Assembly (NCBI GenBank): GCA_964270895.1
Contig: OZ185446.1
DNA: 64,000 nt
Direction: 5' to 3' (one strand)
From: Podarcis filfolensis
Lineage: Eukaryota
In this document: positions 25,501 to 38,279 of the stretch, piece after piece
How the letters are laid out: each line of letters starts with the position of its first letter
Position numbering within the stretch: position 1 is the first letter of the stretch
The notes under the pieces: model-generated
The model's input: the letters and a program-made list of their open reading frames with translations, nothing else
Told to the model about the DNA's origin: nothing
The model's database searches: none
Program-made: the position numbers and the translations under genes

Positions 25501-28500
25501 TATGAATCAGCCCACAATTGTTATATACATGGGGAAATGAGAATAAGAATTGTTTCTTTTCAAGTAGCTGAAAGGAGGACTGGAACTGTATCAAGTTTTG
25601 GCTTTCGTTGCAATCTTGCAAAGCTCAGAGTGGCTTCATAACACAGGGGAAACAGTGCAAGGGACTTTGGAGTGCCCAGAGCGCAAGATTCCCATCTCCT
25701 GCTGCAGTCAAGGGCACAATGTTCAGATGCAGAGAAAGCTTGTGCAGCTGATGGTGGAGGTAGATGTAACATTTAAAAACCTGTGTTATGTAGTATTCAG
25801 AGCTCTCCAGGATTGCCTTTACACCTCCAGAATAGAGCTCTGGAAATTAGCGGTTTTGCCTGAGTGACCCTTAAGAGAATCATTAGAGGGATAAAATGGT
25901 GCAGAGGGAGTTATGAACAAAATTATCTAGCCTTGGGACTTGGCAGAAACAAATAGAACATTGGAATATATTTTGGGGTTGGCGTATGCTCTAAAAAGGG
26001 GAGGGCATGGTTTTATAATTACTACTCTCTTTGTTGAGGACTTGCATGAGTTAACTATACTGCACTGGATTTTTCTCTTGGCCAGCCTGATGATGTGGAT
26101 ACAGCAGATCATACTGCACAATTTCAGCCCATCACACCACCCTTATGTGTATTCCTCTTACACTGCAGTGACAATTACCTCCCCACCCCAATACAACTAT
26201 AAAGTTCAAGCTGGTTTAAAATTTAGTTGCTTGAAGTACATGGAATTCTGTTGGAATCTCAGCACCTTGAACAAAAAAGTAACTTCTTTAAGAAGCTAAA
26301 TATAGGGACTCTGCCAAAACTATTGTTCTCATGCATGCTTTTGGAATGATTTGTATGAAGGGATATCAGTGGAAAATAACACTGGAATTGAAAAGCCAGA
26401 TTATAACAGGAATATCTAGGAATGACGTAGTATTCTGACCACAAATCCTTCTTGGGGAGTGTGTAGATATTCAGTTTTCACACAGTGTTTTTATGTATGT
26501 AATCCTCCCTGGGAAATCACTCCAAAAACATGTAATTGAAGTGATATGCGTGGAGTGGGGCTGACTCTCAGACTTTGATAGCTGATAACTAAATATTATA
26601 GGCCTATATGTTCAGTTGCATTAATAGCTATTTTAAATAGCGGAAGCACTGAAAGCATACATACGCACATTCACAAAACCTAAGCAGAAGTTCTGAGCTT
26701 TTGATTAATTGAGGACAGTAAGGTGCTAGGCATTTAAACCACAGATGAGAGCTCTTCAGTAGAATTCCTCTCTACATCAAACCATCAGATGCCTCAACAA
26801 GGAGTGTAATTGCCTCCCTCACTCCTTAAGCTGCCAAAGCAAGAGATTTACATCTAAAGATCTACCCTCATTTTCCTAATTGAACCTTTGTTACATTCTC
26901 AAAGATTCCTCACATTTTTGCAAGCACAGATACTTTTTTTTTAAAGAAACCCTCATCTTGAAACATCCAACTAAATATGACCTAACTTGGAAAAGAAGAT
27001 TACGTACAAAAGGTTGAATATGAAACTCAAAGCAAGTCATAGTTAAGGCATCTGTGTTACGTTCAAAGTGTTCTATTATATTTTGTGATTATTTGTTTCC
27101 ACAGATACAGAAACAAAGTTTGAGATATTTAGGGTTTGAGTTTTAGTAGCAGTATTTAGGAGGTGCATATTTTAATTATTGTATAACTACTGGAATCAAT
27201 ATCACAGAATAATATTTACCACTGTTGCCTTTTGCTAAAAACAACTCCTCTGCAAAATCAATAATTTGCCAACTCCAAACAATATCAAGACATCAGTTTA
27301 CAAAATGAAAGTACAGAATGGGTCCTATATCCCTGTTTTCTCCTTTTTTTTCTAACATAGCATTAGATGCTACAATCGATGTGTTACAAAAATAGACGTG
27401 TTTTTAGGCAGCTGATTTACTAGAAAGGCAAATAAGCTTTCTTTGTTGGAATAAATGGATGAGAAATCCTCACTGTAAGCATGTCAAATTTATTTTTTTG
27501 GATTGCCCACTCCCCATCTCCTAGAATACAAGTGTTATTAATCATGTTAGGGATGGTGAATGGTAGGCAGAAACCGCTACAGCCCGCAAGATTCCCATAG
27601 GCTCCATCATCCATCCTCCCTCAAAACAAGAATAGAAATCCCTTCAATTCCCAATTACTTTAATCTTTAGAAATTTGAACGATTATTGGGAAAAATCCCA
27701 TTTGAAGATGCAGTAACAGAGGCATTTTCCAATCGTATCTGAACATCTTATAAAAATAACTGGAAAGATGCTTTGGTTTGGAAGAACAAATATTTGGAGT
27801 TCGGATGACTATTAAAAACTAGGCTTTTTAATGGCTCATTCAGCAACTACAGATTCTATACCATAGTGCTTATCCTAATGTAAACTCATTTCCCCCCCCC
27901 CCTTCATCTTCTTTATTTTCCTTTTTAGAATATATTATGAACTAAGCTACAGGAAAAAGTAAATGTGGAACCCCAAAACCCCTTTATTCTAAATGGGTCT
28001 CAAATATTTGAAGTACTCGGTACTATATATATAGTGGAAGTCTGTTTTAATATCTGCCAAATTATGCAACATAGGCAGAGTAACCAAACTCAGGGTGACT
28101 AAGATGCACTTATTGCCATGGTTAAAGAAAGGAACGTGATGTCCTCTAGCAGTAATAAATGGGCATAGTTGTAAGATACTGATTGTGTTACAACCAACTT
28201 GGAAAGCTCTGCTTTAGCTTAAAGTATCCTTCTGACAATTTGCAAGATATGTGGAACATTTCGATGAACACACACACTGTGGCATGCCATGACTGGCTTT
28301 TATCTACAGACATTACTGAAGAAGTGTGAACACCAAATGTGTTGTCTTAATAAGACATTGCTGGTGAAAGCATAAATATCTTCACAAGGGTTTTGTGCTG
28401 CTGTGGAAAAACCAGATAAACTCAACACAAAAGGCTGGGGGGGAAAGAACATGCCATGTATCAGTAAGCAAAAAAGCTTAATCTTCACAGAGGTCTCTGA

Positions 28501-29512
28501 AATCACAAGGTATCAAAATGCGTGCAAGGTTTTAAATAAACTGAGAGGGAAGGGGAACAAGATCTTGCCAGCATTGTTTTTCTTGTGACTGAAATCCACC
28601 ACTGAGAGAGAAAGGAAGCAGGGCCATGGTGTCTTCATAGTGTTGGCTCTCTTTTTAGGTTTTGGTTCTCCTCCAGTCTGGTGATCTTAGTTCCTATAAA
28701 AACCAACAGAAAGTACAATAAGGATCATGGCCAAGAACATAACAGTACAAAGTAACTTGTTATAATGCTTAAGTATCAGCAAACTGATTTTGGTTTAAGG
28801 TAATAGGGTTCCTTTTTTTCAAATATTAAGCTATTCTGAAGGAAAGGCTTGAACTGTAGGCACTCTTAAATGTTTTCCTTGAATGGTGTGTACTAAAATA
28901 CATAGCTTGAGCAGATCCACAGCCACCCCTTCTTCCTAAAACAACGGAACTCAGGAGCAACTGGTTGTGCAACAGAAACTGGCTGTGTTGATCGCCAGTT
29001 GGCTGACTCTTCTGAAATTACAAAGACACATCCACCTCCCTGGCCTGTGAGCTTCCCTTAATCAGCTCTAGATATGGAGCCAGGTACGTGGGTCCACATT
29101 AGAGTGAGATGTGGGGGAGGAGAACAGAGTTCCATGAACAGTCTTGAAACTCACTCTATAATCTTGGGCAGACAATTTAGTCTTAAACCTTAACCTAACC
29201 TAACCTACAATTTAGTCTTAAACCTAACCTACATAGGATGGCTTGTTAGAATAAAAGAGATAATATCATGTAACTCTAGGAATGGTTGGATAATGAAATA
29301 AGATGGACGTTATAGAAGCTCTACAAGAATGAGGAATTTAAATAATAATTTAAAAAATTAATTAAGCTTGCACCTAATATGTAAAAAGGTATGCTGGGCC
29401 TTCAAAATTTGCTCTGAAGTGAAATTGCCCTGAATCCCAGACCCCAATTTGTGTATGTGGGTATGTGTCTGTGATGACTTAGTAATGGAGTTTAGATTGT
29501 ACATGCTTTAGG

Positions 29513-29752
29513 CAAGCAGTAGGGAACTCAGGTATGGGGCTTGAATAGGTCTTTCAGACCTCTCTATCTGGCCACACCACCTTTTCAGCCACACCTCCCA
29601 CTTGCCTTGGTTTGCATTCTAATAATTTTGGCTGGCTAGAATGTGTCCTAGGCTAATGGTTCACCCAGTTTTGCCACCACTGGCACATAGCTCCTGGAAG
29701 TTTGCCCGGAAGGCAATGAAGTCCTTGGGTTGGAAAAGGTTCTCCACTCTTG
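29513..29752. mobile_element. hAT-type MITE
   Basis: Imperfect terminal inverted repeats caagcagtagggaac / ggttctccactcttg with ctttag-type target sequence on both sides. Related fragments at about 40930-40985 and 59803-59950. Confidence 0.55.
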
Positions 29753-29827
29753 CTTTAGAGTACTATTTCCATGCACAGAAAATGCAGGGCACCTTATTAA
29801 TGGGTTCTAGTGACTAATAACAGCTTC

Positions 29828-30140
29828 TGACAGAGATTCTGGGTGACGCCACTGTGGCGATCACACAGGGTCCCCGGACATTTAATGGTCTATTGATCCC
29901 TGTGCCACCACTGTGCTCGCTTCCCCGCTGCCACCAACCAGTTATCTCTGGTAAAACACTGAGTCCAGTCAGTTTTTAAAAGTGAACCAAAAAAACAAGT
30001 TTATTTTACAAGCATTAACAAGTTTATGGTTTCTCAGATAATATTCCTGTCAGTATCTTAACTTTAGTTTCTTTACTGGCCTATACCTTCCTAATACCTT
30101 CTGACTGATTATCTCAACTGTTTGACTGACTCCTCTTAAC
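29828..30140 (-). mobile_element. Probable LTR fragment
   Basis: Minus strand has AATAAACTTG upstream of a ...tctctGTCA end. The other terminus and a target-site duplication were not found. Confidence 0.4.
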
Positions 30141-30332
30141 AAATTTTTTAGTGGGTGCTGTTGATGCCACCTTCAGTAGAATTAATTTATGCCTTATGAA
30201 GTACATAGAATTGAAATTGGAAGTGGGGAAGTGCTGTTTCTTAATCACTGTGGGTAAACTTCATCCTTTCAAACAAGCATTTGTTGATGCTAGTGTGCAG
30301 AACTAGCAGAAAATAGAGCTGGAGACTGATTG

Positions 30333-30436
30333 CCATATTTGCTCAAATCTAATGCTCACCTTTTTTGGCCAAATTACATTGTGAAAATTAAGATGCACAT
30401 TAGATTTGATGGTGCATTATACTTGAGTAAATACGG
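30333..30436. mobile_element. Tc1/mariner-type MITE
   Basis: Inverted ends ccatatttgctcaaatctaatgc / gcattatacttgagtaaatacgg followed by TA. Confidence 0.65.
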
Positions 30437-31945
30437 TACTTTATTCTTATGGTGTCATTAAAAAAAAATCCAACATTTTGCTTTGCCAGAAGAGTGAGAA
30501 ACCACTTGCCTGAGGGAGAGAATAAACCAATACAAAGTCTAGGGGACAAGACAATGGGTTTTACTCAGTGCATAAGTGTTATAGACACAATGTCTGTTCT
30601 TACATTATAGACCAGTCCTTGGTTTCATGGCAGTATTTTTAAAGCTATTTTAGAAAAGAATCCAGTTAATTTTTATTTTTTCTTCAGATCAGGAAAAATC
30701 AAAGTTTCTCTTAGAATCTTTGCAGATGGTGATATGGCCTCCGGTCACATCTTTGCTTATAACAGCAACTGCTGCAAAATCCAGTATTTGCTACCTCTGA
30801 TTTCCCAAGAGCAAAGGAAGGCTTGCTTTCAGAGATCCTCAAAAATCCCTTTGACGTAGAACAACATACTGCCACAAAAATGCACTTTTAATTTTGAAAC
30901 GCAAAAGATTGTGTGGGTAGGTTTGATTTCTTCACAGTGTATTTACAGAAAAAAATGAGCATGATTAGGATACAACTTAAGGGCTTAAGAATCAGTACAA
31001 TCATGTTTTCATCTTGTCCACAAATCCTGTGCCATATAGAGCTGCTTCTCTCATAAATCAGAGAACCATTTCTGACTTGAACAAAGAAGCCAAATAATAA
31101 CTTTAAAATACTGTTGCTGCTAGTCTGAGGAGAACAGAAGTGAGACAAAGCTTTGATTTAAAATATTAATTATAGTTCAAGGCATGGGGTAAGATATCAC
31201 TATTTCCAGAATATTTGTCCCAATTAAAAAAAATACTTAGGGCATGCTAGCTTCTTTTTGCATACACACCATGACTTTTAAGGGCAGTCCATTTGGAGGT
31301 ACATTCTGAGAAAAAGGATGGGGCAGGGCTCCCACAGTGTCTTAGCATGCTGAACACACTCACGGCTCAATGCACACAGCTGGCTTGATACCACTTTAGA
31401 ATACTGGTTCCTCCAATCACATGGGTTGTTTTTTTAAAAGCGAAGCGATAGCGAAGAGGATGCCCTGTTTCTCTGCATGCAAAGTGCCGTTCCCAATTAC
31501 TGGTAAATTCCATTGATAATATTAGGCAATAGATAACACCCCCTCGAATGCATTGAACAAGCACTCTTACCTTGCTTACATTTTTACTGAAATCATCTTT
31601 TGTGAATCAAGAATAAAAAGATTTTATGTTATTGACAAAACCATGTATATGGCAAACAAATTCATGCTAGTATTCTGCTACCCATGTTAATGAACTGGAT
31701 CACCAATACCCATAATGCAACTTAATTCTGACCCACATGCCCTATGAACCAGATTTCTTTCTTTCTTTCTTTTTTTAAATTCAATTTTCTTAAAACCAAC
31801 TGTCAGCATCATGTGATGGAAGAGATGAAAAATGAAAATGAGCAATCCTGCTGTGCAGGTGAGTGACCTGTGGGAGACAGCTCTGCCTGGTAGGATTTTT
31901 ACACGTACCATCAGACACAGACCAATTGATTAGATCATCTTATTC

Positions 31946-32101
31946 NNNNNNNNNNNNNNNNNNNNNNNNNNNNNNNNNNNNNNNNNNNNNNNNNNNNNNN
32001 NNNNNNNNNNNNNNNNNNNNNNNNNNNNNNNNNNNNNNNNNNNNNNNNNNNNNNNNNNNNNNNNNNNNNNNNNNNNNNNNNNNNNNNNNNNNNNNNNNNN
32101 N
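31946..32101. other. N block 3 (156 N), non-coding
   Basis: Run of n in sequence with no repeat I recognise. Confidence 0.99.
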
Positions 32102-33359
32102 CACTTCATCACGCTTCTGAGCAAACTGAATGTAAGAAACTTTAAGTGCTAAATACAAGCAGACACAAATTAAACCTGGCCAGCCTCTCATAAATTCCCC
32201 TCCCCCTCCTGCTTATGCATATGCAACATGAATTATACCTACACCTAGATTATTCCTGTTTGTACATTTGTGTACATATATGCTTTGATACACAGCAGAC
32301 TGCAAATGAATGCACTATAAACATATTGCCTTGGTTTCTCACATTTTTCTTGTTTCTGGATTTAAAAGTAAATGCTATTGTGCTCAGTAAGACAAGGAGT
32401 GTTAGCTCAACTTTGCAATTTTTCCTCAGGCCAGGATCATTGCAGGCAGCTGCCTATTAGCCAAGTTTTTCTTCGTAGCTGTAGTAACGTTAACAGTGAG
32501 GTTGAATTAATGGATGTATTAGCGATGGTAATACCCATTCTAGCTTGATTTATAGCTATAAGGAATCTGTTCCTGTGCTAAACCATGCGTGCATTTTATT
32601 GAGCTCCATTGTTTATTAGGAATTAATAGAAAGCTACTATGGACACATTTCAATTGGAGTTTAATTTTAAGCAAACGGGTTCGGGCTTACTTTTTTCCCA
32701 TTCTTCCTATTCGTAAACTAAAATAGAGATAATTTGTAAGGCTCAGTTTTGTATAAAAAATATATACTGGGGAGAAAGTTACTAAGACTGATTATGATAG
32801 AGTTCCAGTGCGTAATAATTGAAGGAAGTGAATTATAGCTTTTCTTTTTCTTATTTTGCATGGGCACGTTTGGGAAAAATTGTGATCTCTTGACTTTCCA
32901 GTTAGTAGTTAGAAGTAGCACACTGCGGTAAGCTTATTTCCTGGGGAACTCTCTCTCTCTCCCTCCCTCCCTCCCTCCCTCCCTTTCTCTGTTAGAGGGA
33001 GGAGCTGGGAGAACCGTTGCAAAGAATATTCCCCCAGCAGCAGAGGCAAAAAAGAGGGGGGCCTATAAGGAAGAAGGAACAGCTATGTCAATTCCCAAAT
33101 TGAGGTTGTATTAACTATTTAGCTATTTATTACATTTATATACTAACCTTTCCTTCCAAGGATCTCAGATAGACAGTTACACTGCTCTCTAACAGACAAA
33201 TCTAGCTCTACACTGACTGATTGTGGCTCTGTTTCAGACAGATTTGTCCAGCCCCAGGAGACAGTAGTGATTGAACCTGGAACCTACTTAATGCAGAACA
33301 TGTGCTCTATCACTGTGATATAATATTTTCCTAATGAAAACCCATTATTTCCAAGGAAA

Positions 33360-33633
33360 TAGCAGTATAGCGTGGGTTGGGGCAAATGTTGTGCCCCCCT
33401 GGTGGACTGGGCAGCTGGGATGGAAGCACACGTGAAGTCCGCATGGAGGGTGAATGGAACCTGCCTCCAACAGGCTCCTCAGCCACTGCGTCCATCCACC
33501 TGCCCACTAAAAAGCGCTTGCTGCCACACCTCAGCTGCCAGGGCTTCATGCCTGTCATTGGGGCGCCTGATTGTGCCCCCTCAAAAATGTGTGCCTGAGG
33601 CCATGGCCCCACTGCCCCCCACTTACACCTCTG
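33360..33633. mobile_element. PIF/Harbinger-like GC-rich MITE
   Basis: Ends gcagtatagcgtggg..ggggca / gcccccacttacacctctg resemble cagtggcgtagc...ttacgccactg termini. Confidence 0.45.
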
Positions 33634-36600
33634 CTAGGAAAGCTGCTTAGCTTCAGAGCATGTTCTGAATCAAGGCACATTTCATTAACAGAGGAGAAAT
33701 GAAAAGGTATAATAGATTCCTTCCTGGATATTTTCATATGCAGCCTTATATAAATGGCAATTAAAGTGGTTTTTGGGTTTTGTGTTCCACTAAGATTTTT
33801 TTAAACGGCCAGGGCATTGCAGACCTTTTCCTAGAAAAAAATGAGGAACTCTAGTTTTGAAATTACACGGGATATTTAGTTTGGAGAAATAGCTCAAAAG
33901 TTGCAGAGGTAATATATTTTAGAAGTAGGGGGAAAGTACTAAAATAAAAAGCAAACAATTATTACATTTTGACATGCTCTAGTTACTAAAAAGTGCCAAA
34001 AGATTGAGACACCAGCATGCATTTGATAAGTAAAATCCCTAAACTTTTACATGGACCTAGGCCTACTTTGCATAATCAATTATTTTCCACCTTAGTGCTG
34101 AATGTAATGCATTTCAGTGTATGCTTTACCTGTTGTTCTATTATTAAAATACCCAAGTGAATTACATGCACGGAAGCTTAAAGAAATAAAATCTATTAAT
34201 CCTAGTTATTTACTCCTGCCTGCACTTGCCTCAATAATAAAAATGGTAATTATCAACAGGGCATTAATACAGTATTTCTTCAATAGTATGTGGCATTTTT
34301 TCAAATTTGGTCTATGCCTACATTTTCTTAATTACTCCTCCATGATTAGTACCTAGATTCTTCATGCTTCTCACAGAGGTTACGGTTGGGGATCTGCATC
34401 CTAACTGCATTTTTAGGGCTATTTATCATAGCTATGAACTTTTTTGTGCAACTGTGAGTGAAAAGAGGAAAAAAGTGACTGCTCAGTTGGGTGAAGTGGG
34501 TACAAACGCCTTTTGCACCTGTACCATCCACATCACAACCCCATAGCTCCAGGCAGGAGGAAGATAGGTCATTGAGCACAATTCAGATGGATCATTCTGA
34601 AAACCCATGTTTTCTCAAAAGTACTATATTATGAATGGCAAATATACGACGATGAAAAAACTTGGGTAGTTCTTTAAAATACAGGTGCAGAAAGGCCCTT
34701 AAAAAAGTGTTCTTCTATCCAAAGACTTGATCTACAAAAAGCATATGAGACAGCCCTCCTGGCATTTTACACCTTCAGAATGCAGATGAGTGAACTGCAA
34801 GTTTGAATGCTTGCTCTCCCATAAAAAGAGGCCGCCCTAAACACAAACAGAACATCAAGAAGCAGGCTAGGTCTGGAATGCTACATGGACAGGGAAGATT
34901 TTAGCACTGCAAGCTAAAAAACTGAATTATTAAGTGGTGCAGTCCCAGGATGGCCACCATATGACAGCACTTACACTGGCACTGAAAAGTCCTTAAATTA
35001 TATGTACAACTATACTTTGCTGCAAATGATCAATGGAAACTAATACTGTATATAACTCTGGATATTAGCTATTAGAGTGACTGGAGGGCTTCATGGAATT
35101 GTTTACAGACAGGCTTTTCCAACTTTTAACATGGCAAATGAACACAGTACAGGACTTAAGGATAAGTTGAAGGAAAATCTAAGAGAACCAGCGTAGCTGG
35201 GAATGTCATAATCAAGAGTTATTTTCAAACAAGGAAACCCTAATTGTTGTTTATTATCAATGTTTGTCCACAGCCCAGGTAGCCTTTTTTGCACTTTACT
35301 GAAATATTTTTGGATTGAAAAAGGTAATACCAAATAGGAGCCAAAAGTAATCATTTTCTTCTATTTTCTATCCAAAAGAAAGAATTCTTTTAAGACCAGC
35401 AATACATTTTCAATAAGACTGTAATACTGAGTTGGGAGAAGATTTTATTTAAAAAAAAACATAAAGGAATGCAATATGTCGGTTCCTACAGCACAAAATA
35501 CTTCTTGTGGGTGGGTGGGGGGAAGAGATTACTTTTATGACCCACTTTTTATGTTCACTTGTTACTGTATTGTTTTATAGGATAGCTCATTGCAATTAAA
35601 ATAATTACGGTAAATCAAATTCCTTAAAGTACTGGAGCCACTAACTATACACACACTATTAAATGGAATGAAAACCTCTCACGCTTAACTTTAGAGATAT
35701 TCACTGTCAATGGAACCAAAACATAAGCTTATATAATAGGTATATAATTCACAATTATCCATATACTACATGGAGCTAGAAAATCTTTGCCCACCTACAC
35801 AAATGCTAGAGAAAACGAAAGAGATCAGGAAATTCTTATTGCAAAGCCTTTCAAGTGGAGGATGTGGCTTCCCAATCCTTAGTCAACCTCACTTTCAGAG
35901 ATGTACACATAGCTCCTTGCTCCCATGCCACGAGCAGCTACCAACTTTGGACAGCAAACCACAATTTTTGTTTTGTGAGAGCTGCATTAAACTACTTGCT
36001 AAAGATAGCTATCGCTCTGTAAAACCCATACTTCTTTTCCCAGGAGCTGAGGGGAAACAAGAACAACATGACAGATCCTTGCTATGCAACCTAATGCTGT
36101 TAACTTGTGATACATCATATGCATGTTATTGGGGGGAAACTTGAAGAAAGAATTTCAGAAACCTACTTTGATAGGAACTCCATAGAAATGATACTTGAAA
36201 AAATACTAGCTATGGGAAAGGGTTAGTGTGAGGCCTTTGGGTAAGCTAATGAGGTAAACTAAGAACATGAAATTATATAAACATAGATGATGACACAGTT
36301 GGTATGAGTTAAGATAGCGGAAGCATAACCATTTGTGAACAGCTGAAAGTAAGAAATAGTAAACATGTTTAGGATGAAGAAGTGTCTTTAGTAACAACAT
36401 AGCAAAAACAACATTTAGTCAAAACAAGATAGTATCAAGAAATTTCAAAGTGTTGGAAAAACACAAGAGGGTCAGAAGTCTCCAATAAGACACATGGTTG
36501 GCTAACAAGATGAGAACCAGCCAAGGTGAGGAAGAATTGACCAGTGTGAGCTGCCTGGTACGGAAAGGATTATGATTTGTTTTGAATCATACATTAAATT

Positions 36601-38279
36601 TCAATTGTGAAATCCAATGTATAATGTAAACCAATAAGCCTAGAAAAGTATATGGAAGAATTTAGTTCATTATGTCAATTGCTTTCTGTGGGCTTAAATA
36701 TTTTGAGAAATATGATCTGGTCAAAACATGTATCAGATGCAAAAGAATGTAGGAACTGAAGTGGATAAAGGAAGGACACTAGAATGCTAGTTAATCCCTT
36801 GAGCAAGTCCTAAAGCCCTTATATGTAGAATATCTACAACATTGGGTTAAATGCATCAAGTGTAAACACCCAAAGACAAGAGACAGATTAAAAGGCTACA
36901 TGGAAATCTGCTGGGGGTGGAGTGGGGGGCGGAATGGAGCCGTGCTGTTAGAATGACATCCAGCAGTTATATCTGTGACAGGCATGGGAACGTAGTTCAT
37001 TCTGATATACAACAAACTGGACATTTCTGCAGTGTATTGTAATTATTTTTTCTTTAAGTCTGCTTTGAAATTGTGTAACAGTTTAAGCTTAAAAATGACA
37101 CCCTATTTCAGTACTAAGGGAAGCATTTTTAGAAACAGTTTCTATATGTGTAATGTTAGGCTGCTAGCAACGTAAGAAGGCTCTAGAAGGCAAAGTATAT
37201 GTTTGCAACAGGGGATATAACCCCAAGAGCCTTGTCAACAAGCCTCCTGTATAACTTGCACTACTATCTAACTTGATGAAATCATTACCCCATCTACTAT
37301 TAAAATCGAACAAACATAGAAAATGCAGTCTCTTGACACTGTATTGGAAAGTGGGCCCTGTGGCGTATTTCACAGTATCATCTTAAATGACTTGAATGTC
37401 TAACCAGGTATTGAAAAACATTAATGCTTGCATTTTAAATAGTTCCAAATTTAATCTCCCTAGATGCCTTAAGAAATGTATCCTGTGATCAGTAAAGATG
37501 CTATGCAACATCACAAATTGTACATGCTATTGAGCCCAAGAAGTTTGTCCAACCACTGTGCCAAACTGCACATAGCATTCATTAGGTGGCTCACTGTGCA
37601 GACACTGAAGTCCAGGCAAATTTCTGCTCCAAAATGTAAAATGCACATGTGCCATAGTATTTTGACAGTTATTTTACCAGTAATTGCTACCTTTGACTTT
37701 AATGGGGCAGGTAAACCTTAATAACCTTTGAATTGCTGCTCAGAACTTCATCAAACCAAAATTTTAAACCAATAAAAGTATAGATTTCAGCACTTTTAAA
37801 CTTACTGTAAATCCAATAATTTTCATTGGATCAGTTTGAAATTTTGTAGACCTCATCAGGTCGATCGTGTAATGTCAGGTTTCATGTTGATAGCTCATGA
37901 GATGCCATTATTATAAAGTATAGAATTTTAAGGCTTATAATGGTGGAAACGTTTTCACTACTCAACTAAAGAGGCACTCATGTGCCAATTTAACAGAATT
38001 GCCAGCTGGACAGAGGTAGAAAATATATTATCCATTTGCCTTAATTAAGGACATGAACACTTAACACCCTACACAGAGAGAGAGGTCCCCCCCCCCACCC
38101 ATTTTTTATTTTATTTTTGGAAACACATGGACAAAAAAATTAACAGCACTAAATTACAGTCTGTCAAACTGTCCAATAGAAAAAAGAGGCAACTATTTTG
38201 TAAGGTAAGGTAAGAATTTGAATAGAATATGATTTTAACCAGGAGACTTTCTTCTCCTGCTAAGAAACAAATGAATAAA

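Noticed and set aside
29186-29233. (AACCT)n, resembling the arthropod telomere repeat TTAGG
   Set aside because: Short slippage and duplication inside a Squam2/MIR-like SINE remnant.
33391-33405. CTCF-like GTGCCCCCCTGGTGG
   Set aside because: It has one extra C relative to the core and lies inside a MITE.
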